Below, in pieces: positions 8,827 to 17,997 of a DNA stretch of 38,745 bases. The number at the start of each line of letters is the position of its first letter. The first letter of the stretch is position 1. Under the pieces are notes generated by a model that had not been told where the DNA came from, ran no database searches, and worked only from the letters and a program-made list of their open reading frames with translations. The stretch is from a virus (Duplodnaviria > Caudoviricetes), in IMG/VR virus record IMGVR_UViG_3300011338_000448, positions 1 through 38,745 of that record; one strand, written 5' to 3'. The position numbers were made by a program, and so were the translations under genes.

Positions 8827-9506
8827 AGATTTACTGTCATTTTATTGTCTTTATAATAGCCGTACCCGAACCCCTGACTCCATGCGAGCGTCGCTCGCCG
8901 TGTCGCAGCGTACCCCATATCAAAGCGCGCGAGCATCCCGACACAATACCCGCTCGACGCATCAATCGTTCGGGCGCGCTCTTGTCCAACGCGATGCAGG
9001 TGGCCTATCACGCATTTCCCGAATGACTCCGCGTGGTCGCGGATTGCCTGCACATTGAACATGTAACCGTGGAGGAATTTCGTGCCTCCGATCTCAACGA
9101 ATGATCGAATGTCGTAAGGATATGTGCGCGCCTTGAGTCTCTTCGCGGTCTTCTCGATCTCATCAATGACCAGCGCCGCAGCATGGCTAGCGAGCGCATT
9201 TGGGCCGCCAGCTAGCTGAAAGAGCCGTGCCTCGTGATTGCCGTAAAGGATGTGGCTTGGCCGCAGTTCGTTTAAAAAATCAACGCCAGCCGCTAAATCT
9301 TCAGCGACTGAGGCGGCCCTGTCTCTGGAATTAGGATCCGTCATCGCTCCGGACCGGCAGGCAGCGGCATCTATGAAGTCTCCCAGATGCAAAACGGTGT
9401 TGGGCTTGAACGATTCTCGGAATTTTAGCGCTGCATCTCGAGCCTCAGAATCAATAAAGTCTCCGTGCGAACATGAAACGGCCATCCATTTTTTCCAGCC
9501 TCTCAT
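8787..9506 (-). CDS. calcineurin-like metallophosphoesterase
   Basis: SCSHG, LGDFID, GNHE, FLHG, GHLH motifs. Confidence 0.85.
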   Translation of the reverse strand: MRGWKKWMAVSCSHGDFIDSEARDAALKFRESFKPNTVLHLGDFIDAAACRSGAMTDPNSRDRAASVAEDLAAGVDFLNELRPSHILYGNHEARLFQLAGGPNALASHAAALVIDEIEKTAKRLKARTYPYDIRSFVEIGGTKFLHGYMFNVQAIRDHAESFGKCVIGHLHRVGQERARTIDASSGYCVGMLARFDMGYAATRRATLAWSQGFGYGYYKDNKMTVNLCERINGNPWILP

Positions 9507-9724
9507 GCGTCGAGGTCCTCTTCTGTCTCGAGAGGGAAAATGATTTCCTCAGATCTCCTAGCGAGAGACTCACACGCGTAATGATTACCGAAAGAGAAGT
9601 GCATTTCGTATGTCTCCCCATCCTCCTCCCAAGAAACGATAGTCACCCCCGCGTCAAAAAAGTCGGCGAGGATGTCTCGCGCCCTAGCAATAGCATCCTC
9701 GAGATCTATTGGCGGCTCTTTCAT
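9503..9724 (-). CDS. acidic hypothetical protein
   Basis: 73-aa ORF coupled to the endolysin and phosphoesterase. Confidence 0.6.
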   Translation of the reverse strand: MKEPPIDLEDAIARARDILADFFDAGVTIVSWEEDGETYEMHFSFGNHYACESLARRSEEIIFPLETEEDLDA

Positions 9725-10293
9725 TCAATAATTCTCTCAATAATCGCGCGCATTGCAATTAAGGCTTGGGGAGAGCAATCGTTTTTCCTGGCCGGCGAAA
9801 CATCGGCATGGCGAATTATATTTGCTGGCGGAATTTTGTATTCATCCATAATAGGCACGAGATATTCTGCCGCGCTAATCAGCGCGTCCTCGGTAGGCGG
9901 GTGAGTATATGTGTCCCCCTCGAATGCGAGGCCGATGCAAAAATTGTTGCAATCTTTACGTCCCTGCCATTGCGAAATCCCAGCGTGCCATGTCCTCATG
10001 CTTGGAGAGGCCAGGACGGTTCGCTTCCCTGTTTGCGCCACGATGCAATGATATGAAACGCGGCTCACTGGATCCATGCACCACGATACAGACCCATCAT
10101 ATCGCCCGCTGGTGTGATGCAGTAATATATGAGTAGGGAGTATCTTTTTCCCAACCGTGATATTTGGGGTCGCCTTTCTAGTCTCTCGATATACAGCCTT
10201 CATAGGATCCCGAGAGCCTAGCACAAATTTTTCATTCGCGAATCCGTAGAGCACGCTTGCCCCGAAGATTCGGCGGATGAGGTTTAAAATCAT
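9721..10293 (-). CDS. endolysin, N-acetylmuramoyl-L-alanine amidase (Amidase_2)
   Basis: ILLHHT, SYHCIV, TWHAG, IGLAFEG, IIRHADVSPARKNDC. Confidence 0.9.
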   Translation of the reverse strand: MILNLIRRIFGASVLYGFANEKFVLGSRDPMKAVYRETRKATPNITVGKKILPTHILLHHTSGRYDGSVSWCMDPVSRVSYHCIVAQTGKRTVLASPSMRTWHAGISQWQGRKDCNNFCIGLAFEGDTYTHPPTEDALISAAEYLVPIMDEYKIPPANIIRHADVSPARKNDCSPQALIAMRAIIERIIE

Positions 10294-10445
10294 TTTGATG
10301 ATTTTGGCTTTGGCATCTCATATGAGAATGTGCCGTAATCCGTGGCGAGGCCAAATCTGACAGTCTCGCATCCCGACATAAATATCAGAATGAAGGAAAA
10401 TATAGCCGCAGCGATCATCGCACTGGCAATATCTCGATAAATCAT
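10290..10445 (-). CDS. small lipoprotein, spanin-like candidate, 51 aa (not in ORF track)
   Basis: MIYRDIASAMIAAAIFSFILIFMSGC lipobox; ATGA-coupled between holin and lysin. Confidence 0.55.
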   Translation of the reverse strand: MIYRDIASAMIAAAIFSFILIFMSGCETVRFGLATDYGTFSYEMPKPKSSK

Positions 10446-10615
10446 TTTCCGTTGCGAATCACATTTATCAACCCCACGATACCGAGGGCGGCTGCGATAA
10501 TTGCCTCGTTATGTTGAGGAGATAATTGCCAGCCAAGAGATCCGGCTAGTAGGATTAGTCCGCGCCAGGTCGAATTCTGGCTGAGTTGCGATAGGAGAGT
10601 GTCAATGATTTTCAT
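10442..10615 (-). CDS. holin-like membrane protein, 57 aa (not in ORF track)
   Basis: MKIIDTLLSQLSQNSTWRGLILLAGSLGW...AIIAAALGIVGLINVIRNGK; two hydrophobic helices. Confidence 0.65.
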   Translation of the reverse strand: MKIIDTLLSQLSQNSTWRGLILLAGSLGWQLSPQHNEAIIAAALGIVGLINVIRNGK

Positions 10616-10799
10616 CTGATTGGGATTGTGATTTTAACTTTCGCGACATGTACACCGCCGTGATTATGGCTACGACTAACCCCACGCACGCAGTCGCGAA
10701 TTGCAGCGTGGCTGTAATGTGTGGCAGAAATGAAATCAATAGCGACAACGCGCTGGCTGCAGTGCCTAATAGTCCTAGAGATATTGGCTGATCGTTCAT
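10602..10799 (-). CDS. two-TM membrane protein (holin/antiholin candidate; start MNDQ)
   Basis: Two hydrophobic segments and a basic C-terminus; first gene of the lysis module. Confidence 0.55.
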   Translation of the reverse strand: MNDQPISLGLLGTAASALSLLISFLPHITATLQFATACVGLVVAIITAVYMSRKLKSQSQSDENH

Positions 10800-12085
10800 A
10801 TCAGATCCTCGTGCACGGTGCACCCGGCCAATATAACTGTTGACCGCGCCCCTGATTCAGTCAATTCAACCTCGAGATCCAGATCAATAGCGGTGTTGTC
10901 GGCCATCAAATCTCTAAGTGCATAAGTTGTAAAACTGACATTTGCTGTCTTGCCAGGTTTTGCCGTTGTTCCGTTTTGAACCGTCAAGAGAGGTTGGTCA
11001 GCGTACCCCTTGTCGCCTGAAAACGTGATGTCATAATACTCGCCTTGCTTCCCGGTAACAGACACCCCACCCGTCCCAATCGAATCCAATAATTGCAGCG
11101 CGCTAGAGATATCCGCAGCATTGCTGGCGGCATTGATCGGAGCAGTTTGCCTGGAGATTGTATCTATTGTTCCTGCTGTTGTTGTCGTTGTCGCCGAGCC
11201 GGTGATAACTGTTCCGTTGGCAGTCACTGATGTGGTGAATTGAGTGGGGGCAGGTATCGCCTTAACGAAATATGTCGTGCCCCTAGAATATCCTGTAATT
11301 GTTGTATCAAATCCAGTGATCGTAATTGGCTGATTCAGCGTCAATCCATGCGTCACGGATGTTATAAACACACCGTTCGCTACTGCTGTTGAAACAGTGA
11401 ATGCCGTTGCCGGGAATGTTAGTTTATATGTTCCGTCGGATGGAACTCGAGTAAAAGAAAGCCTCTGCACCTCATTCGTCGAGCTGCTTGCTGTAACTGT
11501 CGTTGCGACAGTCGCCGTGACTGTAGTCCCTAGATCGGCCCATGTCGGTTGATAGACGGCGGGTGAGAGCCGGAATTGAATTTCTTGTATTTCCTTTACA
11601 CTCGCAGTACCTGCGAGCCGCTCATCAACTATCGCCACAGTATCAGGGATGATTTGCGAGATGTCCGCAGTGATTGCGCTCTGGGTGCCGACAGAATTAA
11701 ATCGCACTGTAAAGTGTTCCGCGAGGCTGCCGGAGACTGTTACGCCTCCTGCGCTAGAAATTGCTGACAGCCCATTCAGTGCCGCCTGTATTGCGCCTGA
11801 TGTAGCGGCTGCGTCAATAGCGCTCGTGGTGTCTCCACCGAACGTCAAAGTATATGTCCCGCTTTGCGGTAATGCAGTTCGTGATCCAATGCCAAATTTA
11901 ACAGTGGCGGAGCTTTTATCAACTATCTGATATGGGCGATCAATGACTCCGGTCGTTTCCAAGAAATACAAATTGAATGCCCCCGTGTCTCCCTTTGTAA
12001 ATCTGGCATTCTGAGCCGGGGCAGTGTTTGTCTCTGACACAGCGAGTCGGAGGTTTGTGAGGTCAATAAAAAGGTCGCGCGCCAT
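10796..12085 (-). CDS. tail-associated / fibre or adsorption protein
   Basis: Thr-rich beta protein after the tail genes; internally repeated domain (TSAIDAAATSGAIQAAL..L vs TAPINAASNAADISSAL..L). Confidence 0.6.
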   Translation of the reverse strand: MARDLFIDLTNLRLAVSETNTAPAQNARFTKGDTGAFNLYFLETTGVIDRPYQIVDKSSATVKFGIGSRTALPQSGTYTLTFGGDTTSAIDAAATSGAIQAALNGLSAISSAGGVTVSGSLAEHFTVRFNSVGTQSAITADISQIIPDTVAIVDERLAGTASVKEIQEIQFRLSPAVYQPTWADLGTTVTATVATTVTASSSTNEVQRLSFTRVPSDGTYKLTFPATAFTVSTAVANGVFITSVTHGLTLNQPITITGFDTTITGYSRGTTYFVKAIPAPTQFTTSVTANGTVITGSATTTTTAGTIDTISRQTAPINAASNAADISSALQLLDSIGTGGVSVTGKQGEYYDITFSGDKGYADQPLLTVQNGTTAKPGKTANVSFTTYALRDLMADNTAIDLDLEVELTESGARSTVILAGCTVHEDLI

Positions 12086-12105
12086 ATTCTATTTTGCCAA
12101 TTTTG

Positions 12106-12360
12106 TCAAATCCGGCTCCATTTCCCAATGGGGCAGGATTCAGATGCCATGCGGAGCTTCGCCCAGGTCGAGCAGCCGCACTCGCGACATCGGCCGGTTG
12201 CGTTGAGCGCGGCAGCATCCCACTCAGGGCAGGCGCGGCAGATTTCTTCGCGGGTAGCGAGCGTTTCGGGTGGGGTGGCGGCGAAACCGGAGGCCGCCCA
12301 TTTTGCACCAGCGGAGAGAGCGCGCTCAATCGCCCTGCGGTGTGCCTCCATGTTTGTCAT
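12106..12360 (-). CDS. Cys-rich small protein (DUF6171-like)
   Basis: REEICRACP...RCRECGC...K....ESCPIGKW. Confidence 0.65.
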   Translation of the reverse strand: MTNMEAHRRAIERALSAGAKWAASGFAATPPETLATREEICRACPEWDAAALNATGRCRECGCSTWAKLRMASESCPIGKWSRI

Positions 12361-12989
12361 GGCTTCGATAAAACAACGGTTATCTCTGGATTTGATTCCA
12401 CTGTATAGGCGGCGCAATAAGGGAAATGAAATTCAGTGAACGGCATTGTCACATTATATGTCCCATAACCTGTAATAGGGAACAATACACTGCCTATTTT
12501 TGTCACGGTCGCTGTCTCGTATTCGCTATTACAAACGCAACACCCGGGCGGGAAATTCTCAGATAAGCAATTATCAAAACCCTGATTTATCGTGACGTCT
12601 GAAATGTTTGTGTTTTCTATAAAATCAATCCTGCAATAGCACCCATTAATCGAATAGCGCCAGATATAGCTGTAAAACCAATCTTCAAAATCTGATATAA
12701 TCGCATCAGGAACACAGATCTCTCCAGTGCTGCCATCACTATATATCCTTCTAACTCTGTATCGGATAAAAACCTGATTCTCCGTCTGCTCTCCAATATA
12801 CCCTTCGCAAAATAGCGTCCCGACAATGGTAACGGTGCTGGATTTACCCAGAGCGGAGATTGTTACAATATCCCCTTCAGAAAAAGCGCAAGTGCTGCAC
12901 GGCTCGCAGCACGCGCAATTCACCGCGCGGAGGCCGCCGTTGTCAGTTTTGATCTTTATCGCGTTCGATGATGTTCGGCCTAGAGTCAT
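12357..12989 (-). CDS. Cys-rich tail-region protein (start MTLGRT)
   Basis: CACCEPCSTC, GCYC, GCCVC; AT-rich central part. Confidence 0.6.
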   Translation of the reverse strand: MTLGRTSSNAIKIKTDNGGLRAVNCACCEPCSTCAFSEGDIVTISALGKSSTVTIVGTLFCEGYIGEQTENQVFIRYRVRRIYSDGSTGEICVPDAIISDFEDWFYSYIWRYSINGCYCRIDFIENTNISDVTINQGFDNCLSENFPPGCCVCNSEYETATVTKIGSVLFPITGYGTYNVTMPFTEFHFPYCAAYTVESNPEITVVLSKP

Positions 12990-12990
12990 A

Positions 12991-13260
12991 TTAGCACTCC
13001 TCAGTATCGAGCCACTGCAACGTGCCATCGACTGCGCCCAGAACATGAGTCCCCGTGGGCGGAACAGTTGGGATTTTTAGGCGTCGTGACGGATGCCCGC
13101 TCTGTCCAATGGTGTTTTCAATTATAGTGGGATCTCCATCAATGTTGCAGTACACGAAATTCTTCATCAAGTCAGACCCTTTTATACGATACGGATATCC
13201 GCCTAACGAGGCGGACCCTGCGCTTTTTGCGAGCTGATCAAAATCGACAGGCAGATTCAT
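12991..13260 (-). CDS. small tail-region protein (start MNLPVDF)
   Basis: GTHVLGAVDGTLQWLDTEEC C-terminus; operon position. Confidence 0.55.
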   Translation of the reverse strand: MNLPVDFDQLAKSAGSASLGGYPYRIKGSDLMKNFVYCNIDGDPTIIENTIGQSGHPSRRLKIPTVPPTGTHVLGAVDGTLQWLDTEEC

Positions 13261-13270
13261 TTTTAATATA

Positions 13271-13942
13271 TTACGACGGCGATTGCTGTCCTTTGGCAGG
13301 GTCGAAGTAGTACTTAGCGGCAGCCACATGAACATCAACAACCTCGGACCACACCCCGAAATTTGTCACTGTTATTTCGGCTCTCGCTAGTCTCAATATA
13401 GCAGAACCATCTTCAATAAATGGATTCCCGCCATAAGGGGCGACATACGGCGTAGTTATTTGAGGAGTAGGGAGGAACGGAGGCTCAGAGCTAGCGATAA
13501 CCTTGCGAACAGTATATACACCATTGATAGATGGCTTATTGCCTAATGAGACAAAGCTAGTTGTTGTAGATACTACAACTCCCCCGATGGTTATATCTGT
13601 AGTCTTAGCGCTATAAAGTTCATATGTTCCCGATATGTAACTAGTTTCCGTTTTGGGTTGCAACCCGGACCTGCCATAGGCCGAAACTGTAATCCTAGTG
13701 AATCCATCTCCGCTGTCTCGCCATTCAGGTTCTGGAAAAATATACAACCCATCAACCGCAGGGCTGCTAATTCGTAATAGTTTGCCGACAGCGAAACGAG
13801 CAGCGTAATTTGCCTCCAGCCCTTTAGGTACTGCGTATTGCTGGGACACTAATACCAATCCACTAGGGAATGTTTTTACATTCTTTGTCCCAGCAATAGG
13901 AATAGGGAACCCCTGATTTCCTGATCGAATTGTGTAGCTCAT
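13271..13942 (-). CDS. minor tail protein (distal-tail position)
   Basis: Immediately downstream of the tape measure; beta-rich. Confidence 0.55.
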   Translation of the reverse strand: MSYTIRSGNQGFPIPIAGTKNVKTFPSGLVLVSQQYAVPKGLEANYAARFAVGKLLRISSPAVDGLYIFPEPEWRDSGDGFTRITVSAYGRSGLQPKTETSYISGTYELYSAKTTDITIGGVVVSTTTSFVSLGNKPSINGVYTVRKVIASSEPPFLPTPQITTPYVAPYGGNPFIEDGSAILRLARAEITVTNFGVWSEVVDVHVAAAKYYFDPAKGQQSPS

Positions 13943-13946
13943 TTTA

Positions 13947-16115
13947 TTATGCTAATGCTTGTATCGGAAGTTTCCCTCTAATCTCGTCAACATATCCTTT
14001 AATGACATCCACCAAGGCCTCGATTGCCAATAATGTCTTCCCCCCGCCCTCTGTATTGACAGAATAATCAACCGCTTCAGATAGGGATTTCCTGACCTCA
14101 AGAGCGGTGGCATCAACGGCGGATTTGCTCGCCTTTTCGTCAACGACACTATGTTTGGCCCCAGGGAGCTTTTTGTTAATGTGGCCCAATATCGCATCAA
14201 TTTGCTGGCTCCCATCCATCCCCATGGTTTTTATACCGAGCCTTTTTGCGATATCAGGGAAAGAGACTCTCTTTAAATCCTGGCCAATGTATTTCCCGTA
14301 GGCCTCAATTTCCTGCCTCGCCTCTCTGGTTTTTTCAGATAATTTTTTCGGGGCTTTCTCGGGATTGCTGTTTGCTATGTAATCGACCCATGATGCGTAG
14401 CTGGAAATAGCGTTCTTCGCCTTTTCGTTGCTAGCTTGGACTCTAGCGAGTTTCTCGGCGTGGCTGCCGTAGGTTTTGTCAATGAGTTCGGCGAGGTCTT
14501 TGCTGGCCTTCTTGGATTCTTCGCTTTGTTTTTCGGAAGCGAGGATGGACTCCAGGCTTTCGTTGACGCCGCCGAGCGCTTGAACTTGTTCCTGCACCGA
14601 TCCGGTCATGGAATCAGCGAGTGAGAGATTTTCGCTGAGAGACACCTTGCTGCCGAAGATTTGCTCGTTTAAGCCTCCCCAGGAGCCGCTGATTCCATCG
14701 AGCTTCGCGGCAAAATCCGAGCCGAGCGAAAAGACTCCGTCGATATTTTGCGCGGCGGTTTTTGCAGAAGCTCCCAAAGTGTCGATCTTACCCGTGGCGT
14801 CCTGCGCGGCGGCGCCTGAGCTTTTTATGGATTCGGAGGCGGTGTCTGTTTTAGAGGAAAGGTCTTTTTGAGCATCGGCGGCGGCGCGTCCTTTCTGCTC
14901 AAGCATCGTCCAGAGATCATCCATCGGAGAGATGAAATTGATCGCCTTTTGCATGTAGTGATTGAACCCGTTAAGGCTCTCCGCAACGGCGTTTATAACT
15001 CTGCCGAAAGCGGATGTGCTTGATGGTGCTGTCGTGAGCAGATTGATAAGTTGTTTTAGCGACTCGGAAGCACCAATGGTGACAAGGCTCAGTTTCTCCA
15101 AGCGCGGGGAAAGGAATTCGCCGACTTCTTGGCCGAGTCCTGCCGCATCCACTTGCTCCATCGATTTTCCTAATCCTGTAATAGCTGGAATAACCTGGCT
15201 CAAAATCCCAGCAGCGAATGCGGCCATTTTGCCCTTCACAGCATCGATAGTCTCGGCGGCAGCGTCGAAGGTGGCGGCGTTGTCATCCATGACCTGTTCG
15301 AGCGAGCCGATTTTAGCGCGGGCGTCTTCGAGGTTTCCGCTGAAATCGGAGAAGAGAGGCAGGAGCTTGCCGCCGAGCTTGTCGCCGAAAACCTCGGAGG
15401 CGGCAGCGGCGCGGGCCGTGGGGTCTTCGATGCCCGCGATGCGGTCGGCGAAGATTTTCATTTGCTCGGTCGGCGTCTTGCCCGCGAGTTCGCTCATCGA
15501 GACGCCGAGGCTTTGCATGGCGGCGCGTTGCTTCTCGCCCCCATTCGCCGCATCCTGCATGAAATTCTGGAGCTTATTGATCGCAGTGCCGACCGTGCTG
15601 GCTTCGAGGCCGGAGTTTTTAAAGGCCGTCTCAAGCACGAGGAGTTTGCCGGCCGTCTCGCCGGTGCGGCTGGAGAGTTCGTTCAGCCGCCCGCCGAGGT
15701 CGAGAGCGTCAGAAAATCCTTGAATGACATTCTGCGCGGCAGCAAAAGTGAGTTCTACAAGTTTCTGGAAACCTTGTGCGGCGAGGTTCCCGACAGTAAA
15801 CGCCGCGGAGATTCTATTAAACTCCTCATCAAAAATTCCTCCAACTGATTTAACGCTCGACCCGGCAGATTCTATATCGCTACCGAGAGCCTTGATTTTC
15901 GGAGAGGACTCGGCGGAGGCGTCGCCCATGGCTCTGAGGCGCTTCTCCATGTTCTCAACCTGGCCGATGCGCTTCATCGTTGATTCTAGCTCTGTCATGG
16001 TCAATTCGCCGCTTTTGACCTTGCCCTGCAAATTGGACATCTCATCCTGAATTTGCTGAAGGGTTTTTTCGAGCCCTGTATCTTTCGCCCCAAATTCGAC
16101 GCTTACATCAGCCAT
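13947..16115 (-). CDS. tail tape measure protein
   Basis: 722-aa Ala/Gly/Ser-rich helical protein; LNELSSRTG...FADRIAGIEDPTARAAAASEVFGDK..LLPL core. Confidence 0.88.
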   Translation of the reverse strand: MADVSVEFGAKDTGLEKTLQQIQDEMSNLQGKVKSGELTMTELESTMKRIGQVENMEKRLRAMGDASAESSPKIKALGSDIESAGSSVKSVGGIFDEEFNRISAAFTVGNLAAQGFQKLVELTFAAAQNVIQGFSDALDLGGRLNELSSRTGETAGKLLVLETAFKNSGLEASTVGTAINKLQNFMQDAANGGEKQRAAMQSLGVSMSELAGKTPTEQMKIFADRIAGIEDPTARAAAASEVFGDKLGGKLLPLFSDFSGNLEDARAKIGSLEQVMDDNAATFDAAAETIDAVKGKMAAFAAGILSQVIPAITGLGKSMEQVDAAGLGQEVGEFLSPRLEKLSLVTIGASESLKQLINLLTTAPSSTSAFGRVINAVAESLNGFNHYMQKAINFISPMDDLWTMLEQKGRAAADAQKDLSSKTDTASESIKSSGAAAQDATGKIDTLGASAKTAAQNIDGVFSLGSDFAAKLDGISGSWGGLNEQIFGSKVSLSENLSLADSMTGSVQEQVQALGGVNESLESILASEKQSEESKKASKDLAELIDKTYGSHAEKLARVQASNEKAKNAISSYASWVDYIANSNPEKAPKKLSEKTREARQEIEAYGKYIGQDLKRVSFPDIAKRLGIKTMGMDGSQQIDAILGHINKKLPGAKHSVVDEKASKSAVDATALEVRKSLSEAVDYSVNTEGGGKTLLAIEALVDVIKGYVDEIRGKLPIQALA

Positions 16116-16131
16116 ATTATTGCGCCTAATG

Positions 16132-16923
16132 TCAAACCTGCGAGGCCGAAGCCTTTTTGCGTTTTTTTAGAATCATTTCCATTTGTTTTTTCATGCGAGA
16201 AATGACGATTTCGACTGCCTTAACCCTCTCGACCGCTGGACATACCCCGTCAATCCAGGGCGTGGAGTTTGTAAGCGTCACGGTTGGATTGGATATGTTT
16301 GCAGTATCGTTTCGGGCTTCCCCGTTCCCGCGCATATTCCGTTTCACCCATGCAGGGAAATCGTACAAATTCCCCTTGCCTGTTGCTGATGGTAATTGAT
16401 TGGCCGCCTCGGCCCAGCCAGCTTTTGCGGTTCCGACGCGCTTGGCGATCTCATTGATATACTCCGGCAAGCCAGATGCTGCGATGTAGAGCTTATCTCC
16501 ACGGGATGCAGTGCGCCCCGTATTCGGCTTGCGGTTTGATTGGTGTGGTTCGCGATAATTATTAACGATCTCCATGTCGCCGTATTTGCGAAGGAATCCG
16601 ATGTTTTGCAAAATAGTTTTAACGACATCGTATTTCTTAAGCGAGATGAGATGTTTAAGTCGGCTGCGGATCCTCTCGCCGTCGACCTTGTCCGCCATGC
16701 GCTCGAGGTGGTCGTCGTCTTTGATGATTTTGCGAATGTCATACTCAACTCGCTTTTCTCCCGAATCCTGCTTGATCCCGAATGGTTGCGTGCGGCGCAT
16801 AAGCTCCTTTGCAAGCAGCCGTCCATTGATCAAAACCGCTTTTGGAATTTCGACTTCTCGAATCTCGGCGTATTCTTTAAGAATGGATTCTAGTTTGCGG
16901 GCTTCAAATTTGAACTTGGGCAT
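16132..16923 (-). CDS. putative neck / tail-completion protein (HK97 gp10-like)
   Basis: Basic protein; RVGTAKAGW, TVTLTNSTPWI motifs; tail module. Confidence 0.5.
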   Translation of the reverse strand: MPKFKFEARKLESILKEYAEIREVEIPKAVLINGRLLAKELMRRTQPFGIKQDSGEKRVEYDIRKIIKDDDHLERMADKVDGERIRSRLKHLISLKKYDVVKTILQNIGFLRKYGDMEIVNNYREPHQSNRKPNTGRTASRGDKLYIAASGLPEYINEIAKRVGTAKAGWAEAANQLPSATGKGNLYDFPAWVKRNMRGNGEARNDTANISNPTVTLTNSTPWIDGVCPAVERVKAVEIVISRMKKQMEMILKKRKKASASQV

Positions 16924-17143
16924 TTTGCATTGCCTCCTCTATTGCGGTGAGGGCGTCAACATTCGCGCTCCTATTATTGCGCGTCCATTTCCGTTTTCGG
17001 CCATTCGCCGAATCGTCGCAAAATATCAGCTGCAACCCCGCCCCGAATGGCAGCTCTTCCATAATCTCGCGGAAGCCCCAGCCGGTGATTTTGGCGAGCC
17101 GGTAGCAGTAGCCCGCCAGCCAGCCGGGGCTGTCTAGTTTCCC
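16904..17143 (-). CDS. -1 frameshift extension of the tail assembly chaperone (gpGT-like)
   Basis: Slippery GGGAAAC at 17137-17143 directly before the TAG; the -1 frame is open for 79 sense codons (LDSPGWLAGYCYRLAKITGWGFREIMEELP...). Confidence 0.8.
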   Translation of the reverse strand, partial: GKLDSPGWLAGYCYRLAKITGWGFREIMEELPFGAGLQLIFCDDSANGRKRKWTRNNRSANVDALTAIEEAMQNAQVQI

Positions 17144-17538
17144 GACGCCGAACCTTTCGATCCAACTAGCTCACTCGCCGCTGACATATAGCGCGTAAAC
17201 GCCTCGTTCATCTCGGCAGCGAGCTCGGCGCTCTGAAGGTGGTGATTAAGATTTTTTTCGATCCAAGCATCGACAGCATCGACAAAGGCCGACTTATCAT
17301 TAACAGATTCTCGAATAGTCGGATATGGGGCGGAATGAAGAAATGCGAAAGCCGCCGTCTTCCAGATCATGTCTTTAGTGTCAGAGAAAATCTCGTTTCG
17401 TTGCATCCATGAAACCGACAGTGCCGTAATCGGTCGCATTTCGAGGCCCATAACCTTTTTTAGCCCATCACTCATCGACTCCTCGCGGAGGATTTCGTCA
17501 TCCTTTTCTAGTTCCCTATCTATGTTTTTGCTCTTCAT
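17134..17538 (-). CDS. tail assembly chaperone (gpG-like)
   Basis: Ends ...ASGN on the slippery heptamer; lies between tail tube and tape measure. Confidence 0.75.
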   Translation of the reverse strand: MKSKNIDRELEKDDEILREESMSDGLKKVMGLEMRPITALSVSWMQRNEIFSDTKDMIWKTAAFAFLHSAPYPTIRESVNDKSAFVDAVDAWIEKNLNHHLQSAELAAEMNEAFTRYMSAASELVGSKGSASGN

Positions 17539-17948
17539 AAATGTTTCGCTAGCTCTTTTTTATCGGCATCCGTGGCGTCCTCCCGAACGAGAATGCGCTT
17601 ACCGTTCGTCTCGACAATGATGCGGCGCGGGGTCTGGCGGATAATATCGACTAACGCATCGCGATTTGCAGCATACGCCCTCAAATAATTCACAATGTGC
17701 TCAGGGTCCTCTCTCTCTAGCTGATCTCCCCCCTTAGTCATTCCGAGAATGACGCTCTCCGCATTCTCTCCCCTGTCGTTTTTAGAATTAAACCAGAATA
17801 CCGTTGACTCTTTCCCGTCCGTGCGCACTGTGCGTGTTACCGGCATTGGGTATTTTAGTCCGAATCCGAGCGTGGCTAATGCAGTCGCAGCCTTCAAATT
17901 GGCTGTATAGACAAATTCTTCGTGTGTGTTAATAATTTCTTGTATCAT
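17535..17948 (-). CDS. hypothetical protein in tail module (start MIQEII)
   Basis: 137 aa; the longer tracked ORF overlaps the tail tube gene and is probably over-extended. Confidence 0.6.
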   Translation of the reverse strand: MIQEIINTHEEFVYTANLKAATALATLGFGLKYPMPVTRTVRTDGKESTVFWFNSKNDRGENAESVILGMTKGGDQLEREDPEHIVNYLRAYAANRDALVDIIRQTPRRIIVETNGKRILVREDATDADKKELAKHL

Positions 17949-17954
17949 ATTTTC

Positions 17955-17976
17955 GGCAGACTTTAGCCGGTCTGCC
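17955..17976. other. stem-loop between the tail tube gene and the next gene
   Basis: GGCAGAC-N8-GTCTGCC; no U-tract on the sense strand. Confidence 0.45.
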
Positions 17977-17997
17977 AGCGGGGCTTCGTGCCAGAAA

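Noticed and set aside
16974-17165. 63-aa ORF after the tail chaperone
   Set aside because: A different frame from the -1 frameshift extension, which explains the region better
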